This document shows positions 12,769 to 23,021 of a stretch of 64,000 bases of DNA, piece after piece. The notes below the pieces were generated by a model. That model ran no database searches. It saw nothing but the letters and a program-made list of their open reading frames with translations, and was not told the DNA's origin. Made by a program: the position numbers and the translations under genes. Origin of the DNA: an uncultured bacterium. Lineage in GTDB: Bacteria > Babelota > Babeliae > Babelales > JACPOV01. The number at the start of each line of letters is the position of its first letter. Within the stretch, counting starts at the first letter, position 1. Location: NCBI GenBank assembly GCA_963744715.1, contig CAVUUR010000009.1, positions 98,766 through 162,765 on the forward strand. The letters are read 5' to 3'.

Positions 12769-14086
12769 GTGATTCTCTTTAAGAATTTTAAAAATATTTT
12801 TTTTATTCCGGAGTTAAGAAAAAAATTTCTTGTTTACTTTAGGAGTTTTTATTGTTTAACAGGCTTGGGAATCATTATTCCTGTCATAGGAGTAAATGTT
12901 CCTTTGCTGGGTGAATATATGAAACGAGCAACTGGCGTTAGTGGTTTGCTTGGTTATTTGGATATTTTTTCTGGTGGAGCACTGAGTAAAGCAACAGTAT
13001 TTGCTTTGGGAATTATGCCTTATATTACTGCTTCTATTATGATGCAAATGTTGGGAATGACCATTCCTTATCTTGAGCAGTTGTTAAAAGAAGGAGAATA
13101 CGGGCGTAAAATTATTAATCAGTACACGAGATATTTAGCTCTCGCATTGAGCGTAATGTACAGTTCTGGTTATGCTTTATACCTTGAAAATGCAAATCTT
13201 GTTATTAACTCCAGGATTGGCATTTAAGTAATATTTATTCTATCCTTAATGGTTGGTTCGTTATTTGTTATGTGGCTTGCTGATCAAATATCATTACATG
13301 GTATTGGTAATGGCAGTTCGATGATTGTTTTTGCAGGTATTGTTTCTCGATTCCCTGAATATTTTATTAAGACAATAAGCGCTTGTTGATGTTGGCACAA
13401 TGGAATTCTGGCAAGCCTTGCTTATTTTGCTTATTTTCATCTTTATTACTGGTTGCATTGTCTTTCTTGAAAAGGGTGATCGTAAAGTTCCTGTGCAATA
13501 TGCGCGCCGCGTTGTAGGGCAACGAGTGTATGGTGGTCAAAGTACCTACATACCTTTTAAAATTAACACAGCAGGTATTATGCCCGTTATTTTTGCATCA
13601 TCGGTGCTTCAATTGCCAGCTACATTAGCAGTAATGTTATCTTCTTACGGAGATGTATTCAGAAAGTTTGCAGACATGATCTCTCCCGGTGCAATTCTTT
13701 TTAACGTTATCGAGTTTTTTCTGATTGTTTTCTTCTCTTTTTTCTACACGGCATTAGTTTTTAATCCGGAAGAATTGGCTGAAAACATTAAAAAAGGTGG
13801 CGGCTATATTTTAGGAATACGTCCAGGTAAAAAAACGGCAGAATTTTTTAATTATATTCTCACGCGAATAGGATTGGTTGGTTCTGTTTATTTAGCATTC
13901 TTAGCTCTTTTACCTAATATAATGTATGCCCTTTTTAGAATGCCATTTTATTTAAGCGGAACTTCTCTGCTTATCGTTGTAGGTGTAGCACTGGAAACGT
14001 TTGCTCAAATAGAGTCATATTTAATAGAGCATCGTTATGAAGGTTTTTTAACAACAGGAAGATTAAAAAGTAGGATTGCGCGTTGA
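12769..14086 (+). CDS. secY: Preprotein translocase subunit SecY (frameshifted)
   Basis: FALGIMPYITASI, GIGNGSS, AGIMPVIFA, GIRPGKKT, GTSLLIVVGVAL. Confidence 0.95.
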
Positions 14087-14766
14087 GCATAAGTAAAGAA
14101 ATTATTGTCTTTATAGGGCCTCCTGGTTCAGGAAAAGGGTCATTATCCAATTTATGTATTAATCAGTTTGGGTGGATTCAACTATCAACTGGGTTTTTAT
14201 GTAGAAAACATATAGCTGAACAGACGGAAATAGGCAAACAAATAGATTTTTTTATTAAATCTGGTAAGCTCATAACTGATAGCCTCGTTATTGCTATGGT
14301 AGATGATTGGTTAATAACATCTATTGATAACTATAAGGGGGTTGTTTTAGATGGGTTTCCCCGTACAATAGCGCAAGCAGAAGCGCTTGATATAATTATT
14401 CAGAAAAAAGTGCCATCGTGCAGATTGCATGTAATTAAATTATCAATTTCTGATGATTGTGTCGTAGAACGTTTGTCACGTCGCTTTATTTGCAAAAATA
14501 AAGATTGCCAAATGGTTTATTCTATGACGACTCAAGCTGATTTAGGGCCAAAAAAACCTAATGAATGTGACTATTGCACCGGCGAACTTGTTCGTAGACC
14601 CGATGATGATAGTGCAATAGTTCGTGAGCGGCTTAAATCGTATCATAGCTATGAAAAAAATTTGCTTAATTTTTTTGTAAATAGTGGAAAAACTATTACG
14701 CAAATAAATGTAGAAAAGCCGCTATATGAAGTTTTTGAAGATTTTAAGAAAATGATTGGTGTGTAA
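14083..14766 (+). CDS. adk: Adenylate kinase (Cys-containing LID)
   Basis: GPPGSGKG P-loop, LDGFPRT, RPDD; follows secY. Confidence 0.95.
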   Translation: MSISKEIIVFIGPPGSGKGSLSNLCINQFGWIQLSTGFLCRKHIAEQTEIGKQIDFFIKSGKLITDSLVIAMVDDWLITSIDNYKGVVLDGFPRTIAQAEALDIIIQKKVPSCRLHVIKLSISDDCVVERLSRRFICKNKDCQMVYSMTTQADLGPKKPNECDYCTGELVRRPDDDSAIVRERLKSYHSYEKNLLNFFVNSGKTITQINVEKPLYEVFEDFKKMIGV

Positions 14767-14771
14767 CTTTC

Positions 14772-15530
14772 ATGATAACCATTAAAAATAAGCTTGCAAT
14801 ACAAAAAATGCAGACAGCAGGCGCATTGCTTGCAGAAATTTTTAGTGAACTAAGTACCTTAATGGTAGATGGTTTATCAACGCTTGAGCTTGATTGCCAC
14901 ATAGAGCGTATGCTTAATGATAGACATTTAGTTTCGCAAACAAAAGGGTACAAAAGTTATAAACATGTTAGTTGTATATCGGTTAATGATGAGGTTGTGC
15001 ATGGCGTTCCTCAAGCTAATAAAATAATGCGTACCGGTGATTTGATAAAAGTTGATATTTGCGCTGCTTGGAAAGGATATTGTGCTGATGGAGCACGATG
15101 TTTTTTTATAGGTAAGCCTTCTTCAGAAAATGCTCAGCATTTAGTAGCAATAGCTCAGGAAGCATTGGAAGAAGGTATAAAAAAAGCAATACCAGGCAAT
15201 AGAGTTTCCGATATTTCAGCAGCAATTCAAAAAAAAGTTGAAGATCATGGATACAGTGTTATTCGTGATTTTGCGGGACATGGTATAGGTAAATCTATGC
15301 ATGAAGAGCCAGAGATTCTTAACTATGGCAAACCTGGCCAGGGTCCAGTATTAATGGCGGGGATGACATTTGCTCTTGAGCCTATGATAGCGCTTGGTAA
15401 ACATAACGTTTACGTTGCGCATGATGGATGGACTGTAAAAACTATTGATAGAAGTTTGGCAGCTCATGTTGAAGATACTATTCTTATTTCACATGATGGA
15501 CCAAAAATTTTAACTCGAAATGGGCAATAA
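14772..15530 (+). CDS. map: Methionine aminopeptidase type I
   Basis: [32 protein letters not shown]. Confidence 0.96.
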   Translation: MITIKNKLAIQKMQTAGALLAEIFSELSTLMVDGLSTLELDCHIERMLNDRHLVSQTKGYKSYKHVSCISVNDEVVHGVPQANKIMRTGDLIKVDICAAWKGYCADGARCFFIGKPSSENAQHLVAIAQEALEEGIKKAIPGNRVSDISAAIQKKVEDHGYSVIRDFAGHGIGKSMHEEPEILNYGKPGQGPVLMAGMTFALEPMIALGKHNVYVAHDGWTVKTIDRSLAAHVEDTILISHDGPKILTRNGQ

Positions 15531-15537
15531 GGGTTGT

Positions 15538-15765
15538 ATGAAATCAAAAAAAGAAGATGTTATCAAAGTTGATGGCATAGTAAAAGAGACGTTGTCGAAT
15601 GCTATGTTTAGGGTGGAAATTGAAGGTGGACATGTAATTTTAGCGCATGTTTCCGGTAAAATGCGCATGCATTATATAAAAATTTTACCCGGGGATAAGG
15701 TTGCCTTAGAGCTTTCACCTTATGATTTGACACGGGGAAGAATTGTATTGCGTTATAAAAATTAA
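15538..15765 (+). CDS. infA: Translation initiation factor IF-1
   Basis: [25 protein letters not shown]. Confidence 0.97.
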   Translation: MKSKKEDVIKVDGIVKETLSNAMFRVEIEGGHVILAHVSGKMRMHYIKILPGDKVALELSPYDLTRGRIVLRYKN

Positions 15766-15786
15766 ATTAGGTGTAAAGGAATTATT

Positions 15787-15903
15787 ATGAAGGTTAGAAC
15801 ATCAGTAAAAAAAGTGTGTTCAAATTGTCGCGTGGTAAAACGTAAGCGTATCGTCAGGATTATTTGTGAAAAAAATCCACGGCATAAGCAACGTCAAGGA
15901 TAA
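15787..15903 (+). CDS. rpmJ: 50S ribosomal protein L36
   Basis: Hand-translated [38 protein letters not shown] (below ORF-track cutoff). Confidence 0.96.
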   Translation: MKVRTSVKKVCSNCRVVKRKRIVRIICEKNPRHKQRQG

Positions 15904-15939
15904 ATATGAAACTATCGGGTATTCAAGAGGATTTTTGGT

Positions 15940-16329
15940 ATGGCACGAATTGAAGGTGTTAATTTACCGCAAAAAAAGAGAATCGAATATGGGCTTACAT
16001 ATCTTTTTGGTATAGGTTTAAAGACCTCGCAAGATATTTTAAAAAAACTTCGTATTGATTTTGATAAACGAGTTAAAGATCTCAGTAACGAAGAAATAGC
16101 CTCCATTCAAAGAGAAGTTTCTCAAAATTATAAAACTGAAGGTGAGTTGCGTAAGGAAATTTCTACAAATATTAAACGTTTGCAAGAAATCGGTTCTTAT
16201 CGTGGCTTAAGGCATAAAAAGGGATTGCCAGTTCGTGGTCAGCGTACAAAAACTAATGCGCGAACACGCAAAGGTCCTCGTAAAGCGGGTAGTGCTATAG
16301 CCTTGAAACGTGCGGTAACTAAGAAATAA
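15940..16329 (+). CDS. rpsM: 30S ribosomal protein S13
   Basis: [33 protein letters not shown]. Confidence 0.97.
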   Translation: MARIEGVNLPQKKRIEYGLTYLFGIGLKTSQDILKKLRIDFDKRVKDLSNEEIASIQREVSQNYKTEGELRKEISTNIKRLQEIGSYRGLRHKKGLPVRGQRTKTNARTRKGPRKAGSAIALKRAVTKK

Positions 16330-16360
16330 TTAATGAAAAATTAATCTAGGTAACGAAATA

Positions 16361-16741
16361 ATGGCTTATCAAAAGAAAACAAAAAAAGTAAAACGAACCG
16401 TACAGTCGGTTATTGCGCATATTCAGTCTACATTCAATAATACTATCGTTTCTATTACAACACCTGAAGGCGATGTTTTATTAAAGGGTAGTGCCGGACA
16501 ATTAGCAAAAGGCGCCCGTAAAGGAACCCCTTTTTCGGCTACTCAAATAGGTAATTCATTGGCTAAAGATATGCTTGATATGGGTATTAAAGACGTTGAA
16601 GTAAAAATGAAGGGCCCTGGTTCTGGAAGAGATTCAGTGGTACGTTCTTTTCAGACTTCAGGATTACATATTACTTCTTTAAGTGATGTTACACCATTGC
16701 CTCATAATGGTACTCGTTCACCAAAGAAACGTAGAGTTTAA
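16361..16741 (+). CDS. rpsK: 30S ribosomal protein S11
   Basis: STFNNTI, GPGSGR, DVTPLPHNG. Confidence 0.96.
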   Translation: MAYQKKTKKVKRTVQSVIAHIQSTFNNTIVSITTPEGDVLLKGSAGQLAKGARKGTPFSATQIGNSLAKDMLDMGIKDVEVKMKGPGSGRDSVVRSFQTSGLHITSLSDVTPLPHNGTRSPKKRRV

Positions 16742-16753
16742 TATAAGGATATT

Positions 16754-17302
16754 ATGAAATTAAAAGCTACAACTAAAGTGCAAGAACAACAATTAGAGAG
16801 AGTAAATAAGCGTTCATCAGAATATGGTAAACAGCTTGATGAAAAACAACGCGCGAAAAGAACGTATGGTCTTCTTGAGCGTCAATTTAAACGTTTTTTT
16901 ATTATGGCAACAAAAAGCCAAGAAGCAACGGGACATGCTTTATTAAGTTTGCTTGAACGCAGAATTGATAATGTGTTGTATCGTCTTAAATTTTCTATTT
17001 CACGCGCGCAAGCACGACAAATCGTTGTTCACGGGCATGTTTTAGTAAATGGCAAAAAAGTTTATTCTCCTTCATATTTGGTTGCTATGAATGATGAAAT
17101 AACCTTGGCTCCTAATGTTCTTGATAAAAAAGAATTTTTGGACCAAGTCATTGATAAAAGACTTAAAATTGGTATTAAAGTTCCTGAATGGTTGGAACTT
17201 GATAAAAAAGATCGTATAGGCCGTGTATTGCGTATGCCAGTGCGTTCAGATATTCAAATGCCAATTGAAGAGCATTTGATTGTAGAGTTATATTCTAAAT
17301 AA
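16754..17302 (+). CDS. rpsD: 30S ribosomal protein S4 (short N-terminus)
   Basis: SEYGKQLDEKQ, LLERRIDN, ARQIVVHGH, LIVELYSK. Confidence 0.95.
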   Translation: MKLKATTKVQEQQLERVNKRSSEYGKQLDEKQRAKRTYGLLERQFKRFFIMATKSQEATGHALLSLLERRIDNVLYRLKFSISRAQARQIVVHGHVLVNGKKVYSPSYLVAMNDEITLAPNVLDKKEFLDQVIDKRLKIGIKVPEWLELDKKDRIGRVLRMPVRSDIQMPIEEHLIVELYSK

Positions 17303-17369
17303 TGCCTAAATTGGTAGGCTTTTTATAATCTCATGTATTTATTATTTGAGAATACGGGTAGGGAGAATC

Positions 17370-18421
17370 ATGAATAGGAAGGAGTATAAACCTTTAACAA
17401 TTCCACGACTTTCGTGGGATAAAAAAACATTAACTACCAGTTATGGTGAACTTATGGTACAGCCGTTGGAACCTGGGTTTGGTATAACATTGGGGAATGC
17501 AATTCGTCGTCTTTTATTGGGTGGGGTGGAAGGTTCAGCTATTACAGCAGTCGTTATCAAGAGCGTAAATAATGAATTTACTTCTTTACCTGGCGTGATA
17601 GAAGATACCATGCACGTTATTCTCAATATTAAAGAGATTGTTGTTCGCAACAAAGAAGGAATTCCTGGCAAAATGCATTTAACGATGCAAGGAGAAGGTG
17701 TTGCTCGCGTTGCTGACATTAAAGGCTGACCATCATTTAGAGCTTAGTTAATAAAGATCATATTATTGCTCATGTTGCGCCAGGTGGTGATCTTTAAATA
17801 TTGAATTTTTTGTTGAATCTGGCAGAGGATATCGTCCGGCACAATGGCCTGAAGGAAAACCGTTACAAGAAGATGGTAGAATTTATTTAGATGCTATGTT
17901 TTCTCCGGTGCGTAAGGTAACTTTTGATGTTGAGAAAACTCGTGTTGGTAAAGAAATTGACTATGATAAACTTATACTTAAAGTTACATACCGACGGTTC
18001 TGAAAATCCACTTGGATGTATTGCACTATGCGGTATCAGTATTGCGTACGCAACTTGAACATTTCTTAGCAAGCGCAGAAATTCCATTTAATGAAATTTC
18101 TGCAGCACCTGAAGAAGAATATTGAAAAGCCGATAGAAGCAGCATGAATTTAGGCTTAAAAGGTATTCCTCCTGATTTATTTTAAAGCCAATTGATGAAT
18201 TAGAACTTTCAGTGCGTGCGCATAATTGTTTGATTAATGCAGGTAAAAAACGAATTATTGATTTAGTAAATATGACTGAAGATGAAGTATTAAAAATTAA
18301 GAACTTCGGTCGTAAATCATTAAGTGAAGTTAAAGAAAGTATGAAAGCATTTGGTCTTTCTTTAGGAATGAATATCAACGAATCTGATATTAAAAAACTT
18401 GTCAAAAACCAAGAAGAATAG
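17370..18421 (+). CDS. rpoA: RNA polymerase alpha subunit (frameshifted)
   Basis: PLEPGFGITLGNAIRR, DAMFSPVRKV, ELSVRAHNCL, NFGRKSL. Confidence 0.95.
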
Positions 18422-18447
18422 GCCAACAAGGCAAACTAGGTGAAATT

Positions 18448-18806
18448 ATGAAACATCAAATTGGATAGAAAAAAATTAAATATGAAGCCATCGCATAAGC
18501 GATCGATGTTTCGTAATCAAGTAATTACATCTTATTACGTATGGTCATGTTGTTACTACAAAAGCACGTGTTCAAGAAGTGCGTAAGATTTGTTGAACGA
18601 TTAGTTACTATTGCTCGCAAAGGTAATACGTTCAATGGAGACGCCATGTCAAATCAATATTGCCTTATAAAAATGAGGCATTAGTTAAGTTATTTGTTGA
18701 AATAGCACCTAAATACGTTGATCGTCCCGGTGGCTATACCCGCGTGATTCCTATGGGCCATCGCGTCAGTGATACTGCCCGCATAGCTAGGTTAGAATGG
18801 GTTTAA
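18448..18806 (+). CDS. rplQ: 50S ribosomal protein L17 (frameshifted)
   Basis: MKH.., HKRSMFRN, VTTKAR, DRPGGYTRVI; follows rpoA. Confidence 0.9.
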
Positions 18807-18812
18807 TATCCT

Positions 18813-19052
18813 ATGAATGATGATCAAAACTTAAAAGTTGCTATTTTGGCCCTTATTGATGCTGAAATTAGGCCCAAAATACAGCTTGATGGTGGTGACA
18901 TCGAACTCATTGATATTAAAGATTCTATTATTCATATAAGATTTCAGGGCGCTTGTGTAGGGTGCCCTTTTTCTTTATATACCCTTATATTGGGTATTCA
19001 GCAAAAAATCCAAGAACATTTTCCCTCTATCAAAAAAGTAGTCCCCGTTTAA
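18813..19052 (+). CDS. NifU/NfuA C-terminal domain Fe-S carrier protein
   Basis: IRPKIQLDGGDIEL, GACVGCP. Confidence 0.9.
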   Translation: MNDDQNLKVAILALIDAEIRPKIQLDGGDIELIDIKDSIIHIRFQGACVGCPFSLYTLILGIQQKIQEHFPSIKKVVPV

Positions 19053-19201
19053 AATTCTGGGCCTGGGCATCTTTTTTTGACCCGAACTATTCATAATTAA
19101 CAGGTTGCCGCATTAACGGTATTTACCCCATTTGATAATAAGTATGCTTTTGATAACATAATTTATGTTAATTATTCATTTTTAAAATATGGGTATTTAT
19201 T

Positions 19202-19651
19202 ATGAAAATATTACATTTTTTACTTAGTTTACTAATCCTATCAACTGCTATAACTCAAAAAGCTTTCGCTAAACCGGCAAGGTTTACACCATCGGAAAAA
19301 AATTCTGAGGCATTGATACATCTTGATAAAGGTCAGAAGGTTATGATGAGTTATCATATCGTCCGCTTTATTAATGATGTTGATCTATTAAAAACTATGG
19401 TTAGAGAAATGATAGGAAATGAAGATGAATATGTTTTAGACGATATTTCTAACCTACTTGATATCGTTGCCAGCACTATAAGCCTATCTGAAAAACAGGT
19501 TGCTCTTAATAACTTCAGTGACGCCCTAGGATTGGATTATTTTGACCTCAGTGATATTCCTGGGGAGATAGAACGATATTTATGGTTAATTAGGTTTGCG
19601 GTGAATTCAATTACAAACTCTGTAAATAGGGTATCTCGGGTTAAAAAATAG
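19202..19651 (+). CDS. Hypothetical secreted protein (array member)
   Basis: Signal peptide ending AFA; shares KQxALNNxxDALGL with next gene. Confidence 0.75.
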   Translation: MKILHFLLSLLILSTAITQKAFAKPARFTPSEKNSEALIHLDKGQKVMMSYHIVRFINDVDLLKTMVREMIGNEDEYVLDDISNLLDIVASTISLSEKQVALNNFSDALGLDYFDLSDIPGEIERYLWLIRFAVNSITNSVNRVSRVKK

Positions 19652-19667
19652 TAAATAATTTGACTAA

Positions 19668-19695
19668 TTGACAATTAATTCTGGTCTGATAAGCT
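19668..19695 (+). promoter_or_regulatory. Putative sigma70 promoter TTGACA-N16-TAAGCT
   Basis: Perfect -35; flanks duplicated at 20387. Confidence 0.6.
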
Positions 19696-19732
19696 ATATA
19701 TATGTTTTATCTAACAAAATGGAGTGAATTAT

Positions 19733-20377
19733 ATGAACATGTTAAAGATAATAGTAATGGGGTTACTGGTTGTAGCAGGTATGGAACAAGCTGCTTTTGC
19801 TATGCAACCAGGTTCAAATGCTAGTCAATCGAGCCAAGGCTGGTTTGATTCGGTCAACGTAAAGCCTATAGCTATTACCCTAGGAATAGCGGTTGTAGCC
19901 GGATTCGGCCTAAAAATGGCCTATAATTACTGGAAATCTAGTTGCCAAGTAGAGAACAAGAACCAGTCAAACGAGTCCAAAATTGAGGCTAATTTGGTTG
20001 AATCTAACGTACAAGATCAAGTTAATCCTGCAATAGTTGAAAAGCAAAAAGAGGCTACCAAAGTTTTGGTGAATCTTGATCGAAATAATCAGATTATAAT
20101 TAATAGTTATCTGCAGGTTGATGATGTACGTGTTTTAAGATATATACTGCAAGAGATGCAGGTTAACAATAATGAGCTTGAAATGCTTATTGATGCATTT
20201 GCTGAAGCTAAAGGCAATGGGAAACAGACAGCTCTTAATAATCTCACTGATGCATTAGGTTTAGAACGTATCGAAATTAAGCAAAAACAGCCAGCAAACC
20301 GTACTAAGGCACAAATAATGCAAGGTGTAAAACAGGTTGGGGTAAAAGTTATTAATACAGGATCAAAAATCAAATAA
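19733..20377 (+). CDS. Hypothetical secreted/membrane-anchored protein (array member)
   Basis: SD GGAG + ATG 19733; signal peptide AAFA|M then hydrophobic segment. Confidence 0.8.
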   Translation: MNMLKIIVMGLLVVAGMEQAAFAMQPGSNASQSSQGWFDSVNVKPIAITLGIAVVAGFGLKMAYNYWKSSCQVENKNQSNESKIEANLVESNVQDQVNPAIVEKQKEATKVLVNLDRNNQIIINSYLQVDDVRVLRYILQEMQVNNNELEMLIDAFAEAKGNGKQTALNNLTDALGLERIEIKQKQPANRTKAQIMQGVKQVGVKVINTGSKIK

Positions 20378-20386
20378 ATTTTCTAA

Positions 20387-20414
20387 TTGACAATTAATAT
20401 GGGTCTGGTATTCT
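20387..20414 (+). promoter_or_regulatory. Putative sigma70 promoter TTGACA-N16-TATTCT
   Basis: Homologous to the 19668 element (ctaattgacaattaat..ggtctg). Confidence 0.6.
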
Positions 20415-20462
20415 ATATACAAGATTAATTTAGGTTTTTATCTATTAAATGGAGTGAATTAT

Positions 20463-21608
20463 ATGAAAATGTTAAAAACAATAATAATCGGGTTAAGTTT
20501 GGCGGTTGCAATAGTACCACAAGCGCAAGCCATGAGTTACTTACACGATGTTAGATCTACTGTGAAAGATATTTATTCTATCATAAGTATAGGTCTTCAA
20601 TTGGCTTATAATAAAGCACAGGCTTTCCAAGAAATAGAAAATTTTGACATGATATTAGAAGAAGGTGATGTGAGTTTGGCATCTTTATCGGAAGGATCAT
20701 GCGAAAAGCTTAATGCTGAAGATAAGGCTAGAGAGCAAGAGATGTTGGTAGCTAAACAAAAAGAGCAAGAGATGTTGGTAGCTAAACAAAAAGAGCAAGA
20801 GATGTTGGTAGCTAAACAAAAAAAAGAAGAAGCATTATCAACAATAGTACAATATATTCAAAGTGATTTGAATTGTGGATGTACATCTTTTATTAAAAAT
20901 TATCAACAATCAGTTAGTGAGGTTTTTGATAAGCTTAATGACCCACAAATTAAAGAAGAGCTTTTAGCAAAGATTAATGAAGTTTATAAAAAGCTTAACG
21001 CATATTATGCATCATTTTCTTTAACTGCTAACGCGCAAGAAAAGTTTTTTGAAAAGTTAAATCAATCAGTTGCTGATTTTAATAAAGTAATGCGTACGTT
21101 GAATGGAGATTTTGTAGTTACTGCATATCGCATTGATAAAACAAAGCTTGTTGGAGCGTTAGTTAAAGATTTGCATAAGGTAATAAATGGTCAATTATCT
21201 GAACAAAATAGGATTGTACAATCTTTTGATGATAATGCATCTGCACAAAACCTTGTTAAGAATATTTACACATACGTTGGTAGTAAAAACTTTGTTCTCG
21301 CGCAGCAGGGCATTGATAGATTATGCGAACAATTAAAGATTAAAAAAATAGTTGATGTATTTGGCGACTTAGTAGAGCAGAGAACGGTTTATGCTACATA
21401 TCAAACAACAAATGTAATGTCTGAAAAAACTAGAAATGTTATTACTGCTGATGCTCTAGCAAAAAAAGTTGTTGCACCTGAAGTGAAGAATTCTAATGCA
21501 GAGATATCAGCGCACGTTGAGGATGCTGAAGAGGTTAAACCTGCAACGATTGGATATTTCATGTCTAAATATCTAGCGCCATGCGTGTGTCACAAGAATA
21601 ACCAATAA
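20463..21608 (+). CDS. Hypothetical secreted protein with coiled-coil repeat (array member)
   Basis: MKMLKTIIIGLSLAVAIVPQAQA|M signal peptide; EQEMLVAKQK x3. Confidence 0.8.
   Translation: MKMLKTIIIGLSLAVAIVPQAQAMSYLHDVRSTVKDIYSIISIGLQLAYNKAQAFQEIENFDMILEEGDVSLASLSEGSCEKLNAEDKAREQEMLVAKQKEQEMLVAKQKEQEMLVAKQKKEEALSTIVQYIQSDLNCGCTSFIKNYQQSVSEVFDKLNDPQIKEELLAKINEVYKKLNAYYASFSLTANAQEKFFEKLNQSVADFNKVMRTLNGDFVVTAYRIDKTKLVGALVKDLHKVINGQLSEQNRIVQSFDDNASAQNLVKNIYTYVGSKNFVLAQQGIDRLCEQLKIKKIVDVFGDLVEQRTVYATYQTTNVMSEKTRNVITADALAKKVVAPEVKNSNAEISAHVEDAEEVKPATIGYFMSKYLAPCVCHKNNQ
20732..20821 (+). repeat. 30-bp in-frame tandem repeat x3
   Basis: agagcaagagatgttggtagctaaacaaaa three times. Confidence 0.95.
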
Positions 21609-21635
21609 TTTCAAAATACAAATGGAGTGAATTAT

Positions 21636-22286
21636 ATGAAAATGTTAAAAACAATAATAGCTGGATTAAGTTTAGCGGTTGCGGTAGCACCACAAGCGCA
21701 GGCAATGAATCTTGATAGTTTCAAAAACTTTGGTCAATCAATTGTTGATCAAGCCTATGTAAATCCTGCGTTGGCAACAATTACTGCAGTAAGTATTCTT
21801 GCGGCTACAGGATTAGTATTAAAAGGCGGTTATGATAAGTATCAACAATATCAATTTGCACAAACCGAAGAAGGAAAACTAATACAAGATGCAGCGGCAA
21901 AAGGAGAAATAGTTGCATTATTGAATGATTGGGTTAACAACGATAATGAAAAGAATTATTCCAAAATTTTTGAGTTTGTGAAAAACCTTAATTTATTGAA
22001 AAATAAACAACCGGCTTTTAGCGCGATAAATGACATTAAAAGAGATTTAAAATTCTATAATCAAGAATTAAACGTTAATAATCAAGAATTAAACGCTAAT
22101 AATCATGGTGTATTATATGCTAACGTTAATGCTTTCTGTGGTTTAGTAGGGCTGGATAAGACACAAGTGTTTGTTAAAGATAGACATACTAAGGCTCAGC
22201 TGCAAGAACGAGTAGTTGCACAAGTTAATACAATGGCTGAAAACAGTAGTAGAGTTATTTCTACTAATATTGCTAAGGTTGACTAG
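21636..22286 (+). CDS. Hypothetical secreted protein (array member; frame stays open to 22397 past the TAG)
   Basis: Signal peptide nearly identical to the 20463 gene; 21-bp duplication NQELNVN/NQELNAN. Confidence 0.8.
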   Translation: MKMLKTIIAGLSLAVAVAPQAQAMNLDSFKNFGQSIVDQAYVNPALATITAVSILAATGLVLKGGYDKYQQYQFAQTEEGKLIQDAAAKGEIVALLNDWVNNDNEKNYSKIFEFVKNLNLLKNKQPAFSAINDIKRDLKFYNQELNVNNQELNANNHGVLYANVNAFCGLVGLDKTQVFVKDRHTKAQLQERVVAQVNTMAENSSRVISTNIAKVD

Positions 22287-22423
22287 GTCATTCCTACACA
22301 AGATGCTGCTAAAACAGCAGGCCTTAATATATTAAATATGGGTCAAGCGATTGGGCAAGCCGGTGTTGGTTATCTAATGTCATGGTTTGGCAAATAATCG
22401 ATAATTTTAAAAGAAATAGATAA

Positions 22424-22458
22424 GAGAACAGCTTCCCACAACGTAGGAGGCTGTTCTT
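22424..22458 (+). terminator. Stem-loop, possible terminator
   Basis: agaacagcttcc-loop-ggaggctgttct inverted repeat; weak U tract. Confidence 0.45.
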
Positions 22459-22475
22459 GGTTAGATGGAGGAATT

Positions 22476-23021
22476 ATGAACATAGTAAAAACAATAGTAT
22501 TTGGATTAGGTTTGATAGGCATAACCGTGCCACAAGTATATTCCTTGAATACTGATATACTACCACAAGAGTATCGATTTGCTGCTGTTGGTATGGTTAT
22601 GGTGCCCGGTGTATTATTTGCATGTTATAATTACTGGAAATCTCGCCAACAAACAAATGTTAGTAATCTTGGAGCGGAGAAAAAAGCAGAAATTAAACAA
22701 CTACTTCAAGATGATATAGAATTCAAATATGGCATTATGTTTAAAAATAAAGATATTATTGGGCAGGAGCTTAAAAAACTTCCTAAAGATTTAATTGAAC
22801 AAGCTCAATCTCAGCTTGATACTATGTATCTTTGCCTGTGTCGCTATAGACTCAATGATACATTACGCACTACGGCTGATAACGATCGGCTGTTCGAAAA
22901 CGTGCAACAGGCAGTAAGTAAATTTTGTACTCTCTTGAAGTTGAAGCCAATTCAATTGAAACCAATTGCGCGCAAAGATATTTATTCAACAAAAACAAAA
23001 AAAATGGATGATGTTGATTAA
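22476..23021 (+). CDS. Hypothetical secreted protein (array member)
   Basis: SD GGAGG; signal peptide; YNYWKS motif shared with the 19733 gene. Confidence 0.78.
   Translation: MNIVKTIVFGLGLIGITVPQVYSLNTDILPQEYRFAAVGMVMVPGVLFACYNYWKSRQQTNVSNLGAEKKAEIKQLLQDDIEFKYGIMFKNKDIIGQELKKLPKDLIEQAQSQLDTMYLCLCRYRLNDTLRTTADNDRLFENVQQAVSKFCTLLKLKPIQLKPIARKDIYSTKTKKMDDVD

Noticed and set aside
20732-20821. CRISPR array
   Set aside because: Repeats are contiguous without spacers and in frame within a CDS; no cas genes
22284-22286. Genome-wide stop-codon reassignment
   Set aside because: TAG, TGA and TAA all terminate conserved genes at expected positions (e.g. rplC TAG, rpsC TGA, tuf TAA)
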